Source: an uncultured Gemmatimonadales bacterium
GTDB taxonomy: Bacteria > Gemmatimonadota > Gemmatimonadetes > Gemmatimonadales > GWC2-71-9
Length of the DNA: 64,000 nucleotides
Direction of reading: 5' to 3'
Assembly: GCA_963842945.1 (NCBI GenBank)
Contig: CAWJIM010000023.1
Span: 32,001-96,000 of the forward strand
Shown here: one piece after another, positions 1 through 17,361 of the stretch
Position numbering within the stretch: position 1 is the first letter of the stretch
Layout: each line of letters starts with the position of its first letter
The notes under the pieces: model-generated
The model's database searches: none
What the model saw: the letters and a program-made list of their open reading frames with translations, nothing else
Told to the model about the DNA's origin: nothing
Made by a program: the position numbers and the translations under genes

Positions 1-4972
<4,972 letters not shown>

Positions 4973-5169
4973 TGTCACTCGCTCTCACGCAACACAAATG
5001 GCCCCAGCGCGGAATCCCCCGGCGAAGCGGGGTGGCTACGGGGCTCGGCAAATTCAGGAACGTACGGAGCTTCGTGTTGCATTCGTCTCACTGAAATAGG
5101 GTGAAAGCCCGAGAGATCCTTCGCGTCCGAGCCCCGCGGGCTCGGATCCGCTCAGGATAGGGCCGCGCC

Positions 5170-5568
5170 CTACTTCAGTTCGACGACCGCGCCCTGCTCC
5201 TCCAGCTTCTTCTTGATTTCCTCGGCCTCCGCTTTGGACACGCCTTCCTTGATGTTGCTGGGGACGTTGTCCACCGCATCCTTGGCTTCCTTCAGACCCA
5301 GGCTGGTGATCTCGCGGACCACCTTGATGACCTTGATCTTGTTGGGCCCGCCCTCCTTGAGGGCGACGGTCCACTCGGTCTTCTCTTCGGCCGGCGCCGC
5401 CGGTGCAGCGCCGCCGCCGCCGCCGCCGCCTGCCGGAGCCGCCGCGGCCGCTGCGATCGTGACGTTGAACTTGGTCTTGAACGCCTCGATCAGGTCCGCC
5501 AGCTCGACAACGGTCTTGTTGCCGATCGCCTCGAGAATCTCTTCGTTACTCAGCGTGGTGGTGGGCAT
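5170..5568 (-). CDS. rplL: 50S ribosomal protein L7/L12
   Basis: [24 protein letters not shown]...GAVVELK with Ala/Gly hinge. Confidence 0.98.
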   Translation of the reverse strand: MPTTTLSNEEILEAIGNKTVVELADLIEAFKTKFNVTIAAAAAAPAGGGGGGGAAPAAPAEEKTEWTVALKEGGPNKIKVIKVVREITSLGLKEAKDAVDNVPSNIKEGVSKAEAEEIKKKLEEQGAVVELK

Positions 5569-5599
5569 CGATGTTTGTCTCTCTCAATCCGGATGATTG

Positions 5600-6118
5600 T
5601 TACGAACGCTGTGCGCGAAGCGCCTCGAGGGCGCCGACCATCTGATACAGACATTCCATTCATGACGCCGGCAAACTGGGCCAACGGGGCCTGCATGGCG
5701 CCGGCCAGCTGCGACAGCAGCACGTCCCTCGGACGGCAAGGCTCGCCAGCCGCTTGACCTGGTCCGACGTGACCGGCCGGCCGTCGACCAGGCCGATCTT
5801 GATCGTGGGCTTCTCGAACTCCTTGGCGAAATCGGTCAGCACCTTGGCCGCGGCCACCGGGTCCTTCCCCGCCAGCACCAGCCCGGTCGGTCCTGCCAGG
5901 TGGTCGTCCAGCCCCGTGACCGAGTTGGCGGCCAGGGCCCGCTGAGCCAGCGTGTTCTTGACCACCACGTAGGAGACGCCCGCCGCCCGGAGCCGGCGGC
6001 GGAACTCCGTCATCCGGAGCACGTTGAGACCGCTGAAGTCGGTCACGTAGATGTTGGGCGAGGCCCTGAACTGCTCGGTCAGGCTCTGCACCGTCTCCTG
6101 CCGCTCGGTCTTGTTCAT
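5600..6118 (-). CDS. rplJ: 50S ribosomal protein L10 (frameshifted near the 3' end)
   Basis: [13 protein letters not shown]...TDFSGLNV...[24 protein letters not shown]...LAGPTGL; lies between rplA and rplL. Confidence 0.95.
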
Positions 6119-6806
6119 CGGTACACCGCCGTCTCGAGCCGAACGCCCGGGCCCATGGTGCTGGAGACCGTGGCCGAGCGAATGTAGGTGCCCTTGGCCG
6201 CGGCGGGCTTGGCCCGCGCGATGGTGTCCATGAACGCCTGGACGTTGTCCGCCAGCTGGGGCAGCCGAAAGGAAACCTTGCCCACCGGAGCATGCACGTT
6301 GCCGGTCTTGTCCACCCGGAACTCGATCTTGCCGGCCTTGATCTCCCGGACCGCCTCGGCTCACGTCCATGGTGACCGTGCCGGCCTTGGGATTGGGCAT
6401 CAGGCCGCGGGGGCCGAGCACCTTGTCCCAGCGCGCCCAGCTGACCCATGACGTCAGGAGTGGCGACGATGACGTCAGCACTCGAGCCAGCCTTCCTTGA
6501 TCTTCTGGATGTACTCGATCCCCACGAAATCGGCGCCCGCCGCTTCCGCCTCCCGTACCCGGTCGCCCTGGGTTATCACTAACACCCGAACCGACTTTCC
6601 GGTTCCATGAGGCAGCACCACGGTGCCCCGGACCACCTGGTCGGCATGCCGCGGGTCTACTCCCAGGTTGACCGCCACATCCACGGTCTCGTCGAACTTG
6701 GCAAAGGAGGAGTCCTTCACCAGCGCGACGGCGTCCGGGATGGGGTACTCCCGCATCCGGTCGACCTTGGCGACCGCCGCGCGAACTTCTTGCCCCGGGC
6801 CGCCAT
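6115..6806 (-). CDS. rplA: 50S ribosomal protein L1 (several frameshifts)
   Basis: Fragments [54 protein letters not shown] and [23 protein letters not shown]. Confidence 0.96.
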
Positions 6807-7232
6807 CAGTCGACCACCTCCAGCCCCATCGACCGGGCGGTGCCCGCGATCATGCGCATGGCGCTGTCCAGGTCGGCCGCATTGAGATCGGCCATCTTGA
6901 TCTCGGCGATCTTCCTGACCTGAGCGCGGGTGACCCGGCCGACCTTGGTCCGGTTGGGCTGGCCGCTCCCCTTCTCGATCCCGGCTTCCTTAAGAAGGAG
7001 GTTCGGCGCCGGCGGGGTCTTGGTAATGAAGGTGAATGTCCGATCGGCGAAGATCGTGACCACGCACCGGGATGACCATCCCGCTCTGACTTTGGGTCCT
7101 CGCGTTGAACTGCTTCACGAACTCCATGATGTTGACGCCGTGGGGGCCCAGCGCGGTTCCCACCGGCGGGGCCGGCGTGGCCGCACCCGCGGGGCACTGC
7201 AGCTTGACCATGGCGTTGATCTTCTTGGCCAT
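6806..7232 (-). CDS. rplK: 50S ribosomal protein L11 (frameshift near 7065)
   Basis: [46 protein letters not shown] plus [10 protein letters not shown]...[12 protein letters not shown]. Confidence 0.97.
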
Positions 7233-7240
7233 CTGATCTC

Positions 7241-7272
7241 CTTAGCGTCTGCCCTCTCGGGCGACTCCCACA
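7241..7272 (-). promoter_or_regulatory. Putative L1-binding autoregulatory leader of rplK-rplA
   Basis: Minus strand GTGGGAGTC-GCCC-GAGA-GGGC-AGACGCTAAG immediately before the rplK RBS; resembles the GGGAG...CGCUA L1 target with a GNRA-capped stem. Confidence 0.55.
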
Positions 7273-7296
7273 ATGACCCGCGTGGTAGCGGGGCCT

Positions 7297-7839
7297 CTAA
7301 TGTCCCCTCAACTGCAAATAATCCAACTCGACTGCCGTCGGCCGTCCAAACAGGCTCACCGAAACCCGGACCTTCCCCTTGTCGCGAGCACCTCTTCGAC
7401 CGTGCCGCTGAAGTCGGAGAACGGGCCCTCGGTGATCTCGACCACCTGACCGATCAGGAATGGGATTTCTTCCTTCGGCTCTGCCTCCGCCACTGCCTCG
7501 GCGATGCCGAGCAGACGGTTTACCTCGTCCTGCCGGAGCGGCTGGGGCATCTTGCCGGTGCCCACGAACTTGATCACGCCCTGAATGCTGTTCACCACGT
7601 GCAGCGCTTCCTGGCTCATTCCCATCTCGACCAGGACGTAGCCCGGATAGAGCTTCCGCTCGACCATTGACCTTCTTGCCGTTCTTGATCTCGATCACTT
7701 CCTGGACCGGGACCAGCGCCTGGCGGATCAGCTTGGCCTCGGCCGGACGAGGGTCCTCCTCGATCCGCCTCTGGAGCAGCCCGCGCACCTTGTTCTCGTG
7801 GCCGGCGGTCGTCTGGATCGCGTACCAGCGGTATTCCAT
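7297..7839 (-). CDS. nusG: Transcription termination/antitermination factor NusG (two compensating frameshifts)
   Basis: MEYRWYAIQTTAGHENKV, ERKLYPGYVLVEM, ITEGPFSDFSGTVEEV, KVRVSVSLFGRPTAVEL. Confidence 0.97.
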   Translation of the reverse strand: MEYRWYAIQTTAGHENKVRGLLQRRIEEDPRPAEAKLIRQALVPVQEVIEIKNGKKVNGRAEALSGLRPGRDGNEPGSAARGEQHSGRDQVRGHRQDAPAAPAGRGKPSARHRRGSGGGRAEGRNPIPDRSGGRDHRGPVLRLQRHGRRGARDKGKVRVSVSLFGRPTAVELDYLQLRGH

Positions 7840-7846
7840 ATGGCTC

Positions 7847-7957
7847 AGTCGCGAGCCGCGAGTTTCGAGTCGCGAGTCTGTAGCGACCCGTAACCCCTCA
7901 CTCGTGACTCGTGATTCCTCTCCCAAACTCGTGATCGGGACTCGCGACTCGCGACTC
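7847..7957. repeat. Heptamer-repeat palindrome (AGTCGCG)n...(ACTCGYG)n
   Basis: AGTCGCG AGCCGCG AGTTTCG AGTCGCG AGTC ... ACTCGTG ACTCGTG ... ACTCGCG ACTCGCG ACTC fills the secE-nusG spacer. Confidence 0.85.
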
Positions 7958-7958
7958 A

Positions 7959-8199
7959 TTACCGCGCGAGCCGCGCGACTCCCTCAACGAGGATCAGCTG
8001 GAGCACCCAGTCCATCAGCCCGATCGTGAGTCCCAACACGATCGAGAGCACGATGATCATCCGGGTGGCCTTGACCAGCTCGGGCCGAGTTGGCCAGGTG
8101 ACCTTCCTCAGCTCCTCGCGCACCGCCCGAGGAAAGCCGCTGTCCGGTGGCACCCACCCGATCAGCCTGTTGGACCGCGTGCTGACTGCCGCTGTCCAC
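7959..8199 (-). CDS. secE: Preprotein translocase subunit SecE (5' part frameshifted)
   Basis: VREELRKVTWPTRPELVKATRMIIVLSIVLGLTIGLMD; lies between rpmG and nusG. Confidence 0.93.
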
Positions 8200-8201
8200 G
8201 T

Positions 8202-8354
8202 TTACTTGGACTCTTTATGCAGCTTGTGCGAGTCGCAGCTGGGGGCAATACTTCCGCCGCTCCACCCGCTCCGGGTGCTTCCGCTTGTTCTTATCGGTAA
8301 AGAAGTTGCGGTTTTTGCACTCGGTGCATTCGAGAATGATTTTGTCTCTGGCAT
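8202..8354 (-). CDS. rpmG: 50S ribosomal protein L33, Zn-ribbon type (two single-base indels; absent from the ORF track)
   Basis: Reconstructed [50 protein letters not shown]. Confidence 0.93.
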   Translation of the reverse strand: MPETKSFSNAPSAKTATSLPIRTSGSTRSGWSGGSIAPSCDSHKLHKESK

Positions 8355-8407
8355 CTCGTTCAGTCGGGAAGTCGGGTCGGAGTCTGATTCCGCTCCGACC
8401 CGCTCCG

Positions 8408-9602
<1,195 letters not shown>

Positions 9603-9640
9603 GGTCGCTCTGTCCTGGTCTCTAGTGTGTGACGTCTGCT

Positions 9641-9694
9641 GGGAGTCGGGAGCTCTCGCAGCCTCGTCTCCTGACTCCTAGCTCTCGACTCCTC
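9641..9694. repeat. Degenerate heptamer-repeat palindrome (GACTCCT variant)
   Basis: GGGAGTCGGGAG ... GTCTCCT GACTCCT AGCTCTC GACTCCT between tRNA-Thr and tuf. Confidence 0.55.
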
Positions 9695-9702
9695 TACCAC
9701 CA

Positions 9703-9775
<73 letters not shown>

Positions 9776-9780
9776 GACGA

Positions 9781-9853
9781 AGCGGGCGACGGGACTCGAA
9801 CCCGCGACCCTCAGCTTGGAAGGCTGATGCTCTACCAACTGAGCTACACCCGC
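9781..9853 (-). tRNA. tRNA-Gly(TCC)
   Basis: GCGGGTGTAGCTCAGTTGGTAGAGCATCAGCCTTCCAAGCTGAGGGTCGCGGGTTCGAGTCCCGTCGCCCGCT. Confidence 0.97.
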
Positions 9854-9974
9854 GACTTCAGCGGGGCAGTTATCAGCGGGGCCGCGGGGCGGTCTGCTCC
9901 GCAGTAGCTCCGGCTCCGTCCCCACTCGCTCGATCACTGCCCCGCCACCCTGCTGCCCTCCTGCCCCGCTGCCA

Positions 9975-10059
9975 TGGTGGGGGTAGGATTCGAACCTACG
10001 TAGGGCGTTAGCCCGGCAGATTTACAGTCTGCTACCATTAGCCACTCGGTCACCCCACC
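9975..10059 (-). tRNA. tRNA-Tyr(GTA)
   Basis: GGTGGGGTGACCGAGTGGCTAATGGTAGCAGACTGTAAATCTGCC, long variable arm, GTAGGTTCGAATCCTACCCCCACCA. Confidence 0.97.
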
Positions 10060-10155
10060 GCGCCGTCACTCCCACCCTATCTGATACAGAACCCCGCCGG
10101 CATGAAGCGGGGTCCGATCGTCGTTGGGAATGGGCCCGAATTTTGACAGACCCTT

Positions 10156-10184
10156 AGAGTAACGGGGGGTGCTAACTAGTGCAA
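10156..10184 (-). promoter_or_regulatory. Sigma70-type promoter for tRNA-Tyr-Gly-Thr-tuf
   Basis: Minus strand TTGCAC-17 nt-TACTCT about 100 nt upstream of tRNA-Tyr. Confidence 0.65.
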
Positions 10185-10302
10185 GGGGTTGCTGTTATTC
10201 AGAGGGCGGGAGACCGCTCAGCCGGGTACAAATTGGCGGCACCCCAGGGGAACCCGGTTGAGACTTGGCGGGTTTCGCTTCAATTCGAGCCCAGGAATTC
10301 CC

Positions 10303-10686
10303 GTGAGCACGCTGGAAGAGAACAAGCGAACCGTGACTCAGTTCTACGACCTCATGTTCAACCAATGTCGGCCAGCCGAAGCGGTCCGGCGCTACGTGGG
10401 CAACAACTACACCCAGCACAACCCAATGGTCGCGGACGGGAAGGACGCCTTCATCGAGTACTTCGAGCGCATGGCTCGGGAGTACCCCGGCAAGCGGGTC
10501 CACTTTCAGCGGGTGATCGCCGAAGGGGATTACGTGGTGCTGCACTGCCGTCAGGAATGGCCGGGCGGGCCGGATTGGGCAGGGATCGACATCTTCCGGC
10601 TGGACCGTGATGGCAAGATTGTCGAGCACTGGGACGTGCTGCAGACGGTGCCGGAAACCTCGGCCAATCAGAACACGATGTTCTGA
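10303..10686 (+). CDS. SnoaL-like/NTF2-family protein
   Basis: GTG start after [18 protein letters not shown]...[15 protein letters not shown]...[11 protein letters not shown]...[20 protein letters not shown]. Confidence 0.88.
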   Translation: MSTLEENKRTVTQFYDLMFNQCRPAEAVRRYVGNNYTQHNPMVADGKDAFIEYFERMAREYPGKRVHFQRVIAEGDYVVLHCRQEWPGGPDWAGIDIFRLDRDGKIVEHWDVLQTVPETSANQNTMF

Positions 10687-10707
10687 GCGGAGAACTAACC
10701 GTCACAC

Positions 10708-10730
10708 AAAAGCCCCGAGACTCTAGGGCT
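10708..10730 (-). terminator. Intrinsic terminator after tRNA-Thr(TGT)
   Basis: Minus strand AGCCCTAGAGTCTCGGGGCTTTT: GC stem with U tract. Confidence 0.6.
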
Positions 10731-10741
10731 GATCCAGGATG

Positions 10742-10814
10742 AGCTGACGAGGGGAATCGAACCCCTAACCTGCTGATTACAAATCAGCTGCTCTGCCAAT
10801 TGAGCTACGTCAGC
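10742..10814 (-). tRNA. tRNA-Thr(TGT)
   Basis: GCTGACGTAGCTCAATTGGCAGAGCAGCTGATTTGTAATCAGCAGGTTAGGGGTTCGATTCCCCTCGTCAGCT. Confidence 0.97.
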
Positions 10815-10828
10815 GGACTGCCGGAAAG

Positions 10829-12336
10829 TTAGCTCGCTCGCTTGATCCGGACCACCTCGACCGATCCATCCTGCTTGTCTCGCACCTCCCAGCCGGCTGC
10901 CCGCAGCAGCTCGCGGATCCGATCCGCTTCGGCGAAGTTGCGCGCCGTCTTCTGCTCTTTGCGCCTCTTGGCCCAGCCCAGAGCCCACCGCTCGGCCGCC
11001 CCAGCATCGGCCGGGGGCGTTTCCGACAACTCCCGGGTTTCGTCCGACGACTCGTCGCCTTCCACTTTCATGATGGTGACCTGACTGGCGACGCCGAGCA
11101 CGCCCTCCACTTTCCGCCAGGCGCCGAGAGCTGACGGACCGGGCCGATCGCCCGCGTCCATGGCTGCGTGCCCTTCATTCATATAGGCGAACACCGCGGC
11201 CACCGCCCGGGGTGCGTTGAGGTCATCGTCCAGTGCCGCAGCGACATCCTGACTCAACCGCTCCGCCGCCGCCTGGAACCGGGGCGAATCCCGTTCGGCC
11301 CCGCTTTCCAGCAGCCGGTTCTGAAACTCGCCCAGCCGGCGCGAGGCCTCCTGCGCCGCCGCCAGCCCCTCGTCCGTCAGATCCAGCTTCTGTCGGTAGT
11401 GGGTCTGGAACATGAGCAATCGGATGGCGCCGGCATCGACGCCGTCCTGCCGGAGGTCGCGCGGGGTGGTAATGTTGCCGAACCGCTTCGACATCTTGCT
11501 GCCGCGGATGTTGAGAAACTCGCCGTGGAGCCAATACCGGGCGAAGAGACTCTGGCCGGTGTACGCACAGCTTTGCGCGATCTCGTCCTCGTGATGCGGG
11601 AAGATCAGGTCCACGCCGCCGGCGTGGATGTCGAGCACGTCGGTGCCCCAATGTCCGCCCAGGAGTGCAAGCGCCATTGCCGAGCACTCGAGATGCCATC
11701 CGGGCCGCCCTCGGCCGAATGGCGCCTCCCAGGCGGCGCCCACCTCCTCATCCTCTGCCCTGGCCGCCTTCCAGAGAGCGAAGTCGCGAGCATCTTCCTT
11801 GGCGTATTCGTCACTGCTGACCCGCTCGCTGGCGCCGGTCTTGAGCTCGCGCAGTGTCGATCCGCGACAGCTTCCCGTATTGAGGGAACCGGGCAATGGA
11901 GAAGTAGACCGAGCCGTCATCCCCCTGATACGCGATCGCCCTTCTTCAGCAACGCCTCGACCAGCGCGATCATCTGCGGGATATAGTCGGTGGCCCGGGG
12001 ATAGGCCGACGCCTCCTTGATCCGGAGGTACTGCCGATCCTCGTGAAAGGCGTCGATGTAATGCCGGACGTAATCCCGGAGCGGCTTCCCTGCCTGTTTG
12101 GCGCCGTTGATCGTCTTGTCGTCCACGTCGGTGATGTTCATGACGTGAAAGACGTCGTATCCGCTCGCCTCCAGCCAGCGCCGCAGCAGGTCCTCGAACA
12201 GGAAGGTCCGGAAGTTTCCGATGTGGGCGTAGTTATAGACGGTGGGACCACAGGTGTAGAGCGACACCCGGCCAGCCTGCAGCGGCTCGAATGGCTCGAC
12301 CTGGCGGCTCAGGGTGTTGTAGAGGCGGAGCGCCAT
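10829..12336 (-). CDS. cysS: Cysteine-tRNA ligase (frameshifts near 11870-11935)
   Basis: LYTCGPTVYNYAHIGNFRT, DFALWKAA, GRGRPGWHLECSAM, DIHAGGVDLIFPHHEDEIAQS, KMSKR. Confidence 0.97.
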
Positions 12337-13267
12337 CAGCCCGCAGCTCCGCTTGCGGCCGCCGCAATTGCCTCGCCGTCGGTGCCTCCCTTGATGGTGA
12401 CGTGCACTCGGCGCTGCTGGAAGGGACTCTCGACCGTCTCTCGGGAGAAGCGATTGATCAGCCGGCGGCGGAACTCGCGCTCCACGGTCCACTGCGAGCC
12501 CGGCTGGGTCTTGAGCAGGGTTCGGATCACCACGGAGTTGTCGGTCATGGACTCTACGCCGAGCACCTCGACCGGCCCGTCGAGCTGCAGGCCCCATTTG
12601 GGGTCGGTGGAGAACTGGGCCGTCTCGTCCCGCACCACACCGATGATCCGATCCACGTCCTCACTGTAGGGTATGGAGACGTCCACCACCGCTCGGGACC
12701 AGTCCCGGGTCTTGTTGCTGACCACGTTGAGTTCGCCGTTAGGGATGACGTGCATGGTCCCCTCGAGGTCGCGGAGCACTACCACGCGGAGGGTCATCTT
12801 CTCGACCACGCCGTTTTTCCCCGCCGCCTCGATGACGTCGCCCACCGCGAACTGGTTCTCCACCAGGAATGAAGAACCCGGAGATGATGTCGCGGACCAG
12901 GCTCTGAGCGCCGAACGAGATGGCCAGTCCCAGGATGCCGGCACCGGCCAGGATCGGCGCGATGTTGATGAAGACATTGAAGGTGAGCAGAACCGCCACG
13001 GTGACGATGACCACCCGGCCTACGCTCCGGAGCAGCTGGGAGATCGTACGACCCCGCTTTTCCCGGATGGTAGTGACGGAATCGTCGCCGTCGTCCACCG
13101 ACTTCTCGATCCGCTCGAGCGGCGAGCTTGACCGCGCGAAGCGCCAACCAGGCGAGCAGCCAGATGCCGAGTACCCGGCCGCCAGTCCGAATGACGAACT
13201 CGCCGTCGATCTGAGGAGCGGCGGCGATGCGGTCGATGATGTCGTTGAACGAGGCCAGCAGATCCAC
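12336..13267 (-). CDS. mscS: Small-conductance mechanosensitive channel family protein (frameshifted)
   Basis: ILAGAGILGLAISFGAQSLVRDIISGFF plus ENQFAVGDVIEAAGKNGVVEKMTLRVVVLRDLEGTMHVIPNGEL. Confidence 0.9.
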
Positions 13268-13361
13268 CTTAACTCCCGGCGACAGCGCAGGTTGACTCGC
13301 TGCGGAATGCAGCGGCTCGCCTCAACGTAGAGGCGGCAGCAGCACGGCGTCAACCGGAGCG

Positions 13362-13823
13362 TCAGGGTTGCTGGCGATACACCACCCGGCTCTCTGTCAC
13401 CCGAATTCCGCGCCGCACGCATTCCGACAAGACCTCCTCAGGGGACCGTATGGTGATGGGCACGCTGAACCCCGTGGGCTCGAGCCGGGCCCCGGGAAGA
13501 TGTGGTCCAGAAGCGCTGGACCGGGCAAATATGGGGTGGCGATAACAACCTGGAGGGCGCGCCACCGAATCAGCTCTTCCGCGGCCAGTACAACCGCGCC
13601 GGTCGTGCGAGCGCAGCACCACGTGAGTGCAACAACAAAGCAGCTGGCCCAGGTCTTCACCGATGACTACCGTGGCGCACCGACCATTTGCCATGATGGT
13701 AAGACGGTGGCCCGCGCCGGCTCCGCGAACCCAGGCACCGACTTGCGGTCTTTGAGGTATCAGAGGGATCAGCTGTAGCAGCGGGAATTCGGAGGGGAGC
13801 GGAAGAGGCGGACCGGAGAACAT
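13362..13823 (-). CDS. Hypothetical protein (probably two compensating frameshifts)
   Basis: ORFs 13362..13862 and 13397..13660 join into a plausible ~150 aa protein filling the mscS-DUF1611 gap; no family recognised. Confidence 0.45.
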   Translation of the reverse strand: MFSGPPLPLPSEFPLLQLIPLIPQRPQVGAWVRGAGAGHRLTIMANGRCATVVIGEDLGQLLCCCTHVVLRSHDRRGCTGRGRADSVARPPGCYRHPIFARSSASGPHLPGARLEPTGFSVPITIRSPEEVLSECVRRGIRVTESRVVYRQQP

Positions 13824-13883
13824 GCTCCACGATGCGGCCTGAGTTCCGGCCGCCATAACCAAGGCACCGCCGACCGAGTTGTT

Positions 13884-15017
13884 TTAGCGCAAGTAGGCCT
13901 TCAGGTCCGGCCGGCCTTCTCCATCCTCGCGGGCTCTTCCTTCTTTCTCCTTCCCAGATACCCGTCCCTGCCCCGTCTGCACCGCATCGACCAGAGGACT
14001 CGGATCGAACCGCACCGGGTCGGTAGCCGGCAGGCCGGTCTCCCGGCGTCGCCGCCTCGCAGGCCCGGCGGGCGGCATCGTCCTCATGATCGTAGGTGTT
14101 GAGCGAGATGCCGATGACCCGGGTCGGGTGAACCGCCGACCCGATCGTCTCGTAGAGGCGGATGTACTCACTCAGCGGCGGAATCCGCAGCCAGGCCGCC
14201 TCGCGGTAGTCGCCGATGTACTCCCGGCTGGACTGATGGCACAGGATCAAGCCCGTCGGGACAGGAGCCGTGCAGCAGACCCAGGGTGACCGCCGAGTAG
14301 CCGGGATGATTGATGCTTCCCTGCCCTTCGACCAGAACCACGTCCGCGTCCTCGGCTCCCTGCAGTACCAGCCGCTCGGCCGCGCCGGCGACGAAGTCGG
14401 AGATCACGGCATCCACCGCGATGCCCCAGCCCTCGATCATGATGCCGGTCTGGCCGGTGGGCACAAACCGGGTGCGAAGGCCCGCCGGCGTTGAGCTCTC
14501 GGGCGAGCTGGAGCTGGGCCGTCATCTTGCCGACGTTGCAGTCGGTTCCCACCGTGAGCACGACATACGGCTCAACCGCTTTGGCTGCGCCCGAGGCCAC
14601 CGGCAGATCGGCCGGAGGCCGCCGCAGGTCGAATATCCTTCGGCCCCCCGCCTTGGCCTTGGCCGCGAGCACCGGGTCGTCCGCCCAGGAAGGTGTGCAG
14701 CCCGCTCCAGAGGTCGCAGCCCGCGTCGAGCGCCTCCGCCAGCCAGGCGCGCCACTCCTCCGGCAGCCGGCCGCCCTGAGGCGCGATCCCGACCAGCACC
14801 GCGTGGGTCTTGAGCGCCAGTCCCTCCCGCATCGAGCCGACAACCGGGATCGCGCCGCCGAAACCCGAGGACGTCCTGGGCGGTCTTGCCGGCCTGCCGC
14901 GCGGTCGAGCACCCCGACAGTGCGTTCGGGCAGGTAGCGGATGACGGAGTTGGCGGTCTTCGAGGTCATCGGGCCGAAGTCGCCGTCGGCCAGGATCAGA
15001 AATCGTGGAGCGGTCAT
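13884..15017 (-). CDS. DUF1611 domain P-loop protein (multiple frameshifts)
   Basis: [85 protein letters not shown]. Confidence 0.88.
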
Positions 15018-15021
15018 GAGC

Positions 15022-16158
15022 TCAGGGGGTGACGGGCTGAGGTAGTGATGGTGGGTTCGGCGTCGGACAGGGACGGTGCCGCTCGGCTTCACCTCGCTGA
15101 TAGGGTCGCCGTACACCTCGCCCAGGAGTATATGCCGGATCAGCACCATGACGAAGGCGAGGATGGGCACGGCCACGATCAGGCCGGCGAGCCCGAACAG
15201 CTTGCCGATCAGCAGCACGCCCGCGATGGTGATCACCGGCGGGAGGTTCACCTGCCGCTCCATGACCACCGGCGCGACGAAGTTGGCCTCGATCAGGTGG
15301 ACCCCGACGCCGAGCAGCGTCACCGCCACCGCCTTGGGCAGGCCGAAGACCCCAAGGGCAAAGAGCGCCGGCACCAGGGTGGAGAGCAGGGTTCCGAAGA
15401 ACGGCACGATGGCGGCGACCCCGGCGAACACGCCAAACGCCAGAAAGTAGGGAATCCCGAGCAACCAGAGTCCGAGGGTGGTGAGCGCCGCCAGCAGAAC
15501 CATCGCGATGATCTGCCCGACTACCCAGGCCCTGAAGCGTCACTCTGAGGTCGTCGAGAATCGACCCGAGCCAGCGGCCGGTGTGACGGCGGGACCAGCG
15601 CCATCAGCCCATCGAGATAGATCGAGGGTTCCGCGCCAGGTAGAGCGCCATCACGAAGACGCTCACCACCTCGATGATCAGCTCGACGCCTCCCTTGAGG
15701 TAGGGCACCAGCGCGCCCCGCAGAACTCCGAAGATCTCGTTGAGCGAGGTGGCGAGCAGGCCCGGGCGACCTCCTTCGGTGACGCCGCGCCGGAGGACCG
15801 GAATGCTCCGGAACAGCCGGTCGATGCTCTGATCGAGATCGCTCAGGAACTTCGGAAGGTTGGCGATGCGAAGTCCTGCACCTGGCTGGCGACCGCGGGA
15901 GCGATGAGGAAGACCACGCCCGACAAGGGCGCCGAGGGTGAGTACCACGGCCGCGGCCAGAGCCACAGCGAGCGCGGAACCTCGAGCCGGCGCTGCAGGA
16001 AACCCGAGACGGCATCCAGGTAGACCGCGAGAATGACGGCCAGGAAAACGCACCAGCAGGACATCGATGGTGCGGATCAGCCAGAGCCACAACGATGACG
16101 GCGAGGAGAACCCACCCGAGTGGGAACCCTCGCCGTCGTTCTGCCTCAGTCGGCTGGG

Positions 16159-16162
<4 letters not shown>
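15022..16162 (-). CDS. AI-2E/PerM family membrane transporter (frameshifted)
   Basis: LWLLGIPYFLAFGVFAGVAAIVPFFG...HLIEANFVAPVVMERQVNLPPVITIAGVLLIGKLFGLAGLIVAVP. Confidence 0.88.
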
Positions 16163-16936
<774 letters not shown>

Positions 16937-16942
16937 GACGCT

Positions 16943-17339
16943 TCACCTTTCCCGGTAGGGCGCGAGCGCGCTCGAGATGCGAGGCCAACGCCAGCGTGAC
17001 CGAGTCGAAGCTGGCCTCGAACTCGTTGTAGTCGAGGTTCTCCAGCTCGAGGGTATCGGTGAGCACCACGTGGTCGCCCTCCAGGCCGTAGGACCCGTGG
17101 ACCAGCTCGCGGGCATTGTACTCCAGCAGCTGGCGGAACAGCTCGCCCCGGCGCGGCTCGCTGGCGGGCAGCTCCATCACCCGAACCCGCAGGATGACCA
17201 CCGGCGGAGCGTAGTGGACCACGACTTCGGCATCGTCCGGGGTTCGAGCGAGCCACAGGTTGGGCTCGACCTCCTTGACGGCCAGGCTGCCCCCGTCGAG
17301 ACGGTCGAGCAACGATTGGATGTCTTCTCGGGTGATCAT
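16943..17339 (-). CDS. CesT/YbjN (type III secretion chaperone fold) protein
   Basis: MITREDIQSLL...LFRQLLEYNARELVHGSYGLEGDHVVLTDTLELENLDYNEFEASF; acidic, about 130 aa. Confidence 0.72.
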
Positions 17340-17361
17340 CGCTGCGCTCTCCGCAACTGGT

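Noticed and set aside
7840..7959. N-terminal extension of NusG (MSRESRVPITS...) and C-terminal tail of UvrA (HETRVASH...VTRDP, 22778-22863)
   Set aside because: These are translations of the heptamer palindromes, not conserved protein sequence
16943..17339. CesT-fold gene as evidence of a type III secretion system
   Set aside because: No T3SS structural genes in the window; the fold is common outside T3SS and here sits beside pspA
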